Assembly (NCBI RefSeq): GCF_006345805.1
Contig: NC_043009.1
Location: 64,294,001-64,358,000 of the forward strand
Length of the DNA stretch: 64,000 nt
Direction of reading: 5' to 3'
From: Octopus sinensis
Lineage: Eukaryota
The notes under the pieces were generated by a model. The model did not search any database. It was given only the letters and a program-made list of their open reading frames with translations, and was not told the DNA's origin. The position numbers and the translations under genes are program-made. The first letter of the stretch is position 1, and each line of letters starts with the position of its first letter. Of this stretch, positions 53,772-64,000 are shown one piece after another.

Positions 53772-54880
53772 CTGAAATATAAAAAGAAAGTAAATACATT
53801 TTACTTAAATATAGATATAAATATGTATCTATATATCACACTGGTGTATAAATATGAGGATATATCCACAGCAATAAAGAGCTCAATTGATAACGAATCG
53901 TTGAAGCCCAACACAATTATAATGGTAATCAGCTAAAACTATTGTTTAGAGACGCCCACTTAAAAAAAATATAAAACGGATGAGTAAAAACTCTCTATAT
54001 CGTCCAACTACATCTGTTTCAATCAGATAAAACATCGTTACTTCTAAATATGCGTTATTAAAGTATATGATCACAGTTAACTGTGATTTAACTGTTATCT
54101 TCCGGTGAAACAAAAATGGCGATATGGTGACCAGGAAATGTTTCTTGATTTAGATACCAACAATCGTAAGGTCGTGAGTTCAATTCCCAGCGAGGCGTTG
54201 TGTCCTTGAGCAAGACATTTTATTTCACGTTGCTCCAGTCCACTCAGCTGACAAAAATGAGTAGTACCCGTATTTCAATGGGCCAACCTTGACGCACTGT
54301 GTCACGCTGAATCTCCCCGAAGGACTACGTTAAGGGTACACGTGTCTGTGGAGTGCTCAGCCATATGCACGTTAATTTCAGGAGCAAGCTGTTTCGTTGA
54401 TTGTATCAACTGGAACCCTCGTCGTCGAAACCGACGGAGTGCCGTAGTTAATTGTTACTTCTATTAAAAATAATAAAGAAACTCAATTAGTTAGTACATT
54501 AAATAGAATAATACCAAAATTAGTTATATATTACAGTAAGATCTACCTTTAACAACAAATTCACAGTAAAATTTGCTTCAATTATTGCCCAAGTTATTGC
54601 CAAGTCTCCACATTTTTAGTTTTGACCCAATGCCTATTTTTTACATAATGAATGCCTACCATATATAACATTCTACTTTGCATAAAACGTTAGCTATATT
54701 GGTTCTTCTGGATCGCATTTTTAAGTATTTAATGTGTCGATATTTTACCAAAATGCTGGTGCCTTTTTTAATTATAATGTTACTTTCTAAACTGAACTCA
54801 AATGATTTTTAATATTCAAATTTTATCCTTAGCTGCAATATTTAAGTAAAAATCTCTGAATTACCTATTTATTCCCTCAT

Positions 54881-54969
<89 letters not shown>

Positions 54970-55603
54970 ATATATATATATATAATGCATGTATAGCTGG
55001 TGATTGTCACACGCTGATGACGGGTTACTACCTAGAAGCGACATATAAACAGTAGCAGCACGACATCGTGAAGTATATTTGCCACCTAAATGTGGCTGAC
55101 CCATAGGAGACGATGCTACTGTTGTTTATAGCCCTAGGGAAGACATCTCCTGCAGGTGGCTAACGACACACTCTCTGTGTCCGATCAGTATTTGCGAAGA
55201 GAGATCATCGTTCCCATCTCTAGCCTTATCACGTAATTATGTAGTGTTCGTCTCCTTGTCAAATGATGGAATGCGGCCTGCAAAGGATGCAGCTAGCATT
55301 GCACACAACATATAAACAACCCACAACTTATTTTGATACAAACCTTAGAAGTGTTAATTATTTTTAAATGTAATTCTTTAATGTTATTAATGTTTAGCAG
55401 GATTTCGAACCTGATGGATTATACCATTAATCGAAAGCATTTCATCCATAGACATCCCATCGTTTAAGGTATGATCAAGTGCATGTGTAATTTATGGATA
55501 GCGAATAGTATATACGAATGATTGGGATGTTCTGTGGGAGAGAGAAAATGAAACTGTAACGGCATGCGAAGTCCTTCTACAAGCTATTAGATATTATACC
55601 TAC

Positions 55604-55712
55604 CGTACTGATGTTGGAAATATTTCTGCTGTTGTCAGATAAACACCATCATATGATGCCGTTGCACCCAACTTCCCAAGAACAGCTAATATCAGTGGAA
55701 ACCAAAGGTTTC
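55604..55712 (-). CDS. SLC22-like gene B exon 8 equivalent
   Basis: cttttcag| ... |gtaggt, 109 nt. Reads GNLWFPLILAVLGKLGATASYDGVYLTTAEIFPTSVR. Confidence 0.92.
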
Positions 55713-55774
55713 CTGAAAAGAAATTGTATACTGTGAAAATAAGAACGCTCAATTTTTGTATTATATCTTCTGCA

Positions 55775-56002
55775 TGTCACATTCCTCTGCAACGTAAAGT
55801 GTTCAATAAACAAAGAGGAGGTCGAAACTGAAGTTTCAGAGTTCTTCGCTTTAAAACGAAAAGAGATTTACGTTGATGGGATTAAAAAGTTTGTAAATAG
55901 ATGGAAGGAAGTCATAGATAATCAGAGAAAGTACATTGATAATTAAATTTCAATTAAATATAACATTTAACCGCTTGTTTTCTTTATTCAAAATTCGAAC
56001 AG
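55775..56002 (+). mobile_element. Mariner 3' fragment
   Basis: EEVETEVSEFFALKRKEIYVDGIKKFVNRWKEVIDNQRKYIDN* followed by a TIR-like end at TA. Confidence 0.7.
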
Positions 56003-56017
56003 GACTCATGGGATGAC

Positions 56018-56119
<102 letters not shown>

Positions 56120-56222
56120 TGTATGTATGTATACATGTACAAATATATATATATATACATTTACATACATATATACAAATATATGTGTACATATACATAC
56201 ATATATATAAACATATGTATAG

Positions 56223-56253
<31 letters not shown>

Positions 56254-56322
56254 CACATATATACATACATATATATACACACATATATATATTTATATGT
56301 GTATATATACACACACACACAC

Positions 56323-56368
<46 letters not shown>

Positions 56369-56539
56369 GTCTGCATTTTTCCTAGTTTACAATTAACGCG
56401 GAAAAAATAGATAAACTGTTACCAGGGTAGTAAAAAATCATACAAGTAAAAAAGGCGTAACACCTTGTTTTTAAAAGTAGAAACTCCGGGTTTATGTGAG
56501 TTATTTTGTATAATATATATAAATAAATAATTGGAGTTA

Positions 56540-57925
56540 AACGCAGCTGTTATTCAAATTCTTTTACTTCCGACACATGTTTCGAAGATATCATTGGTAT
56601 TATTCCAAAGGAATAAAATGGCATAAAACAATGTAATCGTCTCTTCAGGGAAATTAAGAAATAAATCTCGCCAATAAGACATTTTAACAGAATAAGATGG
56701 ATATGTATATTGATGAACTGAACGCTATTATGTTAAAAAAAAACGTTAGAGGATTTAACATCAAAAGTAGCATATAGAAAGAGGAGGAGTAAAGGAAAGA
56801 AAAAATCAGAAACCAAATAAATGAGAAATATAGAACTATATGTAAACTAAATAAAACCCTAAAGTCTTGGAAAAAAGATATATCTAGGGGAAGTGAAATG
56901 TAAGTAGAAAATCAATGTTTAAATTATATATATTGGTAGATATCACTTATATGAACTAAAGGTGTGTCTCTACCAATGTTTACATCGGTTAGCACGCTCA
57001 TTAACCGTGTTTACAAGGGGATCTTTAAAAAAAAGAATAAAAATAGTTCACAGTTACAGAGAAGACAGAATTCCTTGCCTTTATCATAAGGGAACGAAAC
57101 GGAGAGAATCAACCAATCTAAATTAAATTGTTTATTATGGTGTTTTAGATACCAAATTAGTTTACTAGGTTCTGTACTGTTACGTTTATTCCTATCCCTA
57201 AATGTAGAGTAATGATAACCGAGAAAAAGAACTTATATATAAAAAGAAGAACCTATATAAAAAAAGACATCGGTACCTGAAGTAATTTTACACTGGTGTA
57301 TAGAGATTTTAATCTTAGAATTACTTGACATAAACTTAATTCTGTAGGAATTGACTGCATAGACAATAACCTTGTTATTAATATTTCTAGAGGGATGGAT
57401 GGTATTAGCTAAATTAATGTTAGCATTAGTCAATTGATTCTTATTTAACAGACTAATAATATGTGAGGAGATAATTTGTAAGAGATTTTTTGTGTTGGAA
57501 AAACCAATTCTAACCGTGTGCGACTTGATAATAAAGTAATACCTAAAATTCCTAATAATAGTTTCCCGAAACTTTAAAGGAAGATTAGATTTAATTTGCC
57601 TCCCATAAGGAATAATCAACCAAATAGTTTTGCCTTATGTTTAGTGTAACTATATTTAAAAGACATCAATTTACTTTCAGAATGAAAAAAGGAGTTTAAA
57701 TAATGGTTATCTCCCTGCCTCTGTTTGGTGTTGGCGTAATTGATAAAGTTTATATCCTTACAATTAGATTTCATGTCTCCATTAGTAAAGGTAGAATAAG
57801 ATTGAATGGAATTAATGTAGGTAACTTTATCTGTATAACCTGCATTAAGTAAGGCAGAGTAATAACATTCAGCCTTGTCATTGAAAATGTCATCATTAGC
57901 AGATAACTCAGATAATCTAAATGAA
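56540..57925 (-). mobile_element. Penelope-like element 3' half
   Basis: NISFRLSELSANDDIFNDKAECYYSALLNAGY, then IPYG..FSNTKNL..KVIVYAVN..FYIGSS (GIY-YIG), then a 3' region ending in a hammerhead. Confidence 0.8.
56566..56654 (-). ncRNA. Type I hammerhead ribozyme with fully canonical core
   Basis: Stem I AUUUCC/GGAAGU, CUGAAGA, extended stem II (GA.GAU/AUC.UC, CAUUG/CAAUG, UAUUCC/GGAAUA), GAAA, stem III AC(augu)GU, GUC cleavage between 56572 and 56571. Confidence 0.75.
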
Positions 57926-58217
57926 ATATTCTTGCGTGTGTGTATGTGTGTGTGTGTGTGTGTGTCTGTGTGAGTATAATAGGCTATGATATGTATGTGA
58001 ATATAAGAATTGAATTTATATTATGCAAACTTTTATGCATGCTCATAATTTGACATACGTTTGCTTTTAACTAATAAACTGTCAAACGATGCACTAAAAC
58101 AGTAAACAGAGAATTATATAACAATATAAGCCAATGACATTCATTTGTATGCATGCTTAACATTTATTTATTTAACAATGACCAGTTACAAAATATCTGA
58201 TGTAACAAAATCTTTAC

Positions 58218-58431
58218 CTTTTGGTACAAAGTTCGAGACAATACAGTTAATTCCACCAAAAACCATGAAGAAACAAAGCGGCTTACGATGTCCAAACCAT
58301 TTAAAGGTTATACATCCGAGAATATTCGCTGGAATTTCTACTGCTGACATCACAAGAAGTTTATATAGCGATTGCCAGACATATCAACAGAATTTAGAGT
58401 CACGCCGAAGTAAATCATACTGTTGACCAGC
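58218..58431 (-). pseudogene. SLC22-like gene B exon 7 equivalent with 1-nt deletion (pseudogene or assembly indel)
   Basis: Splice sites are intact but the exon is 214 nt against 215 in gene A. AACTTCTTGTGATG versus AACTTCTTTCTGATG gives an immediate TGA. Confidence 0.8.
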
Positions 58432-58523
58432 CTGTAAAAAAAAGAGTGAGTTTGAAAAATAGCTTACTAAGCAGATTGTTTAATAATTTTTTTTATCTAT
58501 AACGAATATATATATATATACAT

Positions 58524-58624
<101 letters not shown>

Positions 58625-59076
58625 ATATACAAGTAATAAAGAGGGACCACATGTGGTCACTCTAAAGCTAGAAGTCACTCTAAAAGCCTTTGCTCGGCTT
58701 CGTATGGATTTTGGCGTTCGGTTCAGCAAATTATATTTTTGATATACTCTACCGATGATTCGAAAATGATTTGTAAGTAAACTTACACAATCTATTGACG
58801 ATGAAACAATTGTATAGAGTTAATCCATTTTTTCGTTATTTTTCATTTGTCCTGCCCGCTTACATTCTTGGCGTGTTGAATTAATGCTTGAGAATAATTC
58901 TTTAGTGGTGGATTCCCTTTGCGGATCTATTTCTAGCGTTAGAGTGACCACAGTGACCACTCTCTTATTACATGTATTAATAATTTTTATTGTATCACAG
59001 TTTTTTTACACTAGGCCACTTGGTGTTTTAAATTGATGTTGTTAATTAATATTAATTTTTTTCACCTTTATTGTGA

Positions 59077-59261
<185 letters not shown>

Positions 59262-59893
59262 CTTGTCATCTAGGTATTGGTATTGTTGAAAATATGAAAA
59301 GCCAATGGTTTCAAATTTTGGCACAAAGCCAGCAATATTTTGGGAGAGTGATAAGTCGATTACATCGATCCCAGAGTTCAAACTCGTACTTGTTTTGTTG
59401 GCGCAGAAAGGATGGGAGGCCAAGTCGACTTCGGTGCAATTTGAACTGAGAACGTAAAGGCCGAATGCATTCCGCTAAGCATTTTGTCCGCCATACTAAC
59501 GACTGTATCAGCTGGTTACCTTACTTAGTATAGAATATATTGATCTCGAATTTTGGCAGAAGGTCAGTAACTTCGAAGGAGGAGTAAGGCGATTACATCG
59601 ACCCCAGTGTTCAACTGATACGTATTTTATTGATCCAAAAAGGATGTAAAGTTGACTTCGGTGGATTTGAACTAAGAATGAAAAGACGGACGAAACACCG
59701 TCAACTCGTCTCCTTAAGACGGACGAAACACCGCCAACTCGTCTCCTTAAGAATGAAAGGAAAATTCAAACTGGGCGGAATTTGAACTCAGAACGTAAAG
59801 ACGTAGGAAATGCCGCTAAGCTCGCCGCCTACTTAGTATAGAACATATTGATAAATATTTATTATTTAATCTTAAACATGATAAAAGATTTAC

Positions 59894-60169
59894 CAGTTAA
59901 ACCAAATGTTCACGGAAATCATCGCTCTTCGAGGTTTTTTTAACAAATCAATTGCTGTGTACGTCTTATGTATTTTCTTGCTTCCAAGATTCATATTTTC
60001 GACAACTTCGGCCTGCAATTTGGATTTAGTTTCTGTTTGAAGTTTCTGAATAAGTTTTACCGCAATCTCAGCGTTTTTCCTATTTGTTTTAGCTATCTTT
60101 TCAAATGACTTTTCAGCTTCAGTAAATTTCCCCTTATTAAGAAGCCATCTTGGAGACTCAGGAAGGAAT
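59894..60169 (-). CDS. SLC22-like gene B exon 6 equivalent
   Basis: atttggcag| ... |gtaaat, 276 nt, open. Reads FLPESPRWLLNKG...YTAIDLLKKPRRAMISVNIWFNW. Confidence 0.92.
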
Positions 60170-60399
60170 CTGCCAAATAAGATGATTGATAGACGGTGAG
60201 ATAACGTTGCAATGTTTTAGAAGTGAAAAATGAAATTATGCAATAATAAATTTGAACTGATAATAATTTCATGCAACTTAGACAACGTAATTTAATTAAT
60301 ACGGAAATGTGGACCTATAACTTGGTAGCTTTTAGGTTTACTGTCTCTCTTTGATATGAAGGGATTCCTGGAAAAAAAATTACACCTTGCCTGGAATTA

Positions 60400-60535
60400 A
60401 TTTTCCTATCTATAGGAAACTGGAAAAGATTCCTGGGGAACTGCGCTTCACATTTTGGGACATAAATAAGGAGGATCTTACAGGATTCCTTAAATCAATA
60501 AAGAACATGCACGAATCGATCAGGTTCACATTGTA
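60400..60535 (+). mobile_element. Possible PLE reverse-transcriptase fragment
   Basis: FWDINKEDLTGFLKSIKNMHESIRFTL resembles the PLE RT pattern LxxFLxxLNxxHPxIKFT. Confidence 0.45.
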
Positions 60536-60536
60536 A

Positions 60537-60580
<44 letters not shown>

Positions 60581-61119
60581 CATCCGTTTGCCTTCCATCA
60601 GTCTGAGATCGATAAATAATATCTGTGGCATATGCTGGGATATATTCAAGCATCCCTATTCCTCTCCAAAGAAAGGTGACATTGTGCCAATGTGAGAAAT
60701 CAATATTACAGAATATGAAATCTTTAAAAGAAAATGAAACAAACACAAAATTTGTGTAGAACTTACTTTCTCTGAAGACGCAAATTTTATCTTATTTTAC
60801 TAGAATTTTAAACCATCACTTGGCTCTGTCGGAATGAATTTATATAATCAACATCAGTCCATGGATACGATTACACTTCAAATGAAATAAAAGAAATGTT
60901 GAGGAATTAAATTCCCGAATGAATCCCATGCTTCCACTGCCGGACTATTAGTCCTGTTGCGTGTTGTTTCTTCATACAGTCACTAGTATTACTGTTCTCT
61001 CTCCATATTAGTTGTTCACGTCCTCCCGTAGATCGTGGTCAGTAGCGTATTAGCAACCAGCATACAATCGGGGTACTGAGCACTCAGAGGGAAAACGATC
61101 GCTCAATAAAATTTACTAA

Positions 61120-61585
61120 TCTATATATATAAAACTGAGAATGTGTGTGTGTCTGTCTGTCTGTGTATTTCCCTAAAACTTGAGAACTACTCTACCAATT
61201 TCATTAAAATTTTACACATGCCTTACTTAGGGTCCGGGGAGTGTCATCAGCAAAATATTTAAAAACTTTTTGCCTAGGGCGAGCCCACAGCAATATCATA
61301 TCTTCTCCACTATGATTCCCTAAAACTTGAGAACAACACAACCAATTTCATTCAAATTTTACACATGCCTTACTTAGGGTCCATGTAGTTTCATGGGCAA
61401 AAAAATGTTCAAATATTACCTAGGGCGAGCCCATAGCAATATCATATCTTCTCCACTATTTCAGTATTACGTATTAAAAGTGAAACAAAAACATTTCTCT
61501 ATTTTATGTCAGATACTTTCACTTTAACAATAAAAATTAGAGATAACTAGCATTATGACCCGGCGTTGCTGGGTCATAGTGCTAG
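61120..61585 (+). mobile_element. Non-autonomous Helitron with internal ~140-bp tandem duplication
   Basis: A|TC start, terminal palindrome 61546-61586 and CTAG|T end. Confidence 0.8.
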
Positions 61586-62092
61586 TCAATATATAAGATT
61601 CACTTTAAAGCGGTGAGCTAGCAGAATCGTTAGCACACTGGGAAAAAAAGCCTAGCGGCATTTTGACCCTTTTCTCGTTCTGAGTTCAAATTCCGCCGAC
61701 TTTGCCTTTTATCTTTCGGGGCCGATAAAATAAGTACTATTTCAGCACTGAAGTGGACGTAATAGATTTACCCCCACCCACGAAACTTCTAGCCTTGTGC
61801 CAAAATTTGAAACCCGTATATAGGATTCGCTTCGTTCCGTTTCGAAAATATTGGAAGAATTTTGACAAGATGAAAAGTGCTACACAATTCAGAACCAGAA
61901 TTTGTTGTGCGCTAAGCGACAAATATGCATAGAAAATAATAATGAGTAGTCAAAATTCACTACAACATCTCTTTATATGATGATGTGAGGCACATATATA
62001 CACCCATATATGTATATACATCTATCCATCTCCCTCTCTTATATATGTCATGTATGCATACATGTCTGTGTGTGCATGTGTGTGTGTGTGTG

Positions 62093-62129
<37 letters not shown>

Positions 62130-64000
62130 TGTGTGTGTGTTTGTGTGTGTGTTTGCGATGAGGTGTTAGTTAGATGACATCTTTAATATCTGTTCTGATT
62201 TTCGTTACAGCATGCACAACTATACTTACTTTAGTGCTAGAATGAAAATCAAAATGTGTGGAATAATTGTAGCGTATAACAGATGTTGCCACTTAGGAAA
62301 TACATATGCCACACCAGCTAGAATCATTGCTCCAAGACCGTAGGTTCCATGCATAAGGTAATTCAAACGCGTTCTGTAGTTTTGGGTGACACATTCTTGC
62401 ACTGTAATATAGAAAAAGATATCAAGCTAAAATTTCTTAATATAATATGTAAGTAGTGATACAAATACTGGTTTCAATTTTTGGCACAAGGCCAGCAATT
62501 TTGGTGGAAGGGGATACGTTGTTTGTTCCTTCTCGAGCCATGCCTGGCTCATAGGCGCCGGTTCCCTGGTTTCCTTGGTGTATAGATTCCCCACCTGGAC
62601 GGGACGCCGGTCTGTCGCAGGTGAGCTGCAAGATGCAGGAGGAAAGAGTGAGAGAAAGTTGTGGCGAAAGAGTCAGCAGATGTTCGCCATTACTTTCCGC
62701 CGGAGTTGCGTGGAGCTTAGGTGTTTCGCTCATAAACACACACATCGCTCGGTCTGAGATTCGAACCCGCGATCCCTCGACCGCGGGTCCGCTGCTCTAA
62801 CCACTAGGCCATGTGCTTCCACAAGGGGATAAGCCGATTGCATTGATCCCAATGTTCACCTGGTATTTATTTTATCGAAACCGAAAGGATGAAAGGAAAA
62901 GTCGGCCTCGGCGTGATTTGAACTCAGTTTTCAACCACCGGTTCAATCAAAGTTTAATTACGTAAAAAAATAAGGAAATCTTTGCAATGAGATGTATCTA
63001 TTGCATATCTTTTAGAGTAATTACTGTAATACCTTATAATCACGAGTTACATGTGTCTGCGTCCTTAGTTCGAATCGCACCAATTTCAACTTCACTTTTC
63101 ATCTTTGAGGCATTGATTATGCAATAATGAGAGACATACCGTTTACCTTTTACTTGTTTCAGTCATTAGAGTGCGTCCATGCTGGGGCACGGCTTTCAAG
63201 AATTTTTAGTCGATAGTATCGACCCCAGTACTTATTTTTGAAAGCCTGTTTATTCTATCGGTTTCTATTGCCGGACTGCTAAGTTACAGAGACGTAAATA
63301 CACCAGTACCGATTTCAAGAGATGCTGGGGAACACATGGGCCAATATAGTTAAAAACCCTAGATATACTTACCAGTTTATGCCACAACATATTGGAATAT
63401 TTTTGGTCTATCGTTATTTGCTGGACAAGTAATTTTTAATCGTCTTCCTCAGAACATCCATGTTATTGGTTGTTGAAGATTGTTCTGTATAATGATACTA
63501 ATTATTCGCGAATCCTACTATTGTCATTTTGTCAATTCTAACAACGATGGGTTCAGCTTGCAGTTTCTGTATATTTGCCTATGAGTCATATCTAGTTCGA
63601 CCATGTAATCCACTAATTTGAGGTTGGGGTAGTTGAAATGAAAAACGCTGTAACTGAGATAAAAAAAAAACCCGTCTACCTACTTACCGACCTCACAAAT
63701 TCCCTACTTAGACACGCTCTAGTTTATTGGACCGCCTGTTTCAATTATGCAGTGGAACATTAGCAAATTGCTACAATAGTTGAAGAAGATTATACAGATT
63801 TTCACTGCTTTCCGTTTGGTTAACCACACACAATCCTAGCATGACTCTAAAATACGATTCCTGTAATTTAAAAGCACCAACTACCAAAGCGTTTACCTTT
63901 TTCTCTGCTGGGGAGTTGACTTTTGTTTTATTTGTTCAATTGGTCCCTGTGAAAAAAATTTGCTATGCTCCAGTTTCCGCGAATTCCTACTCACCATCGG

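Noticed and set aside
63370-63860. Possible decayed SLC22 exon-like segments (AACTG|GTAAGT donor; GKYTE; KRKAVKICIIFFNY) or gene B exon 5
   Set aside because: All frames have stops and the similarity is too short to separate from chance. Gene B exon 5 was not found in the window.

Overview
This is AT-rich, microsatellite- and SINE-dense animal genomic DNA. The repeat families look like those of an octopod cephalopod (probably Octopus); that taxon call is an inference from repeat style, not a database hit. The host content is a minus-strand tandem array of three SLC22-family (MFS organic cation/anion/zwitterion transporter) paralogs. Gene A is complete: 9 coding exons, 47707->17484, 1662 nt or 553 aa, with exon phases that close all the way through. 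Gene B is present as its last four exons (60169->53564), and its exon 7 carries a 1-nt frameshift. Gene C is present only as its first coding exon (82->19). The rest is mostly transposon debris: two mariner copies and a fragment, hAT and Helitron fossils, non-autonomous Helitrons, MITEs, RTE and CR1-like LINE ends, Penelope-like element (PLE) fragments and three tRNA-derived SINE families. The best second-look items are: (i) at least eight type I hammerhead-ribozyme motifs, several with a complete fold and four lying sense inside SLC22 introns; (ii) an inverted Helitron pair tightly bracketing exons 5-6 of gene A, a circRNA-type layout; (iii) a small N-terminal exon found by paralogy, with a GC donor in gene A; (iv) a substrate-pocket difference between paralogs A and B; (v) several fold-back and templated-duplication structures. 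Most ORFs in the supplied track are microsatellite or repeat artefacts. All alignments and folds were done by eye.
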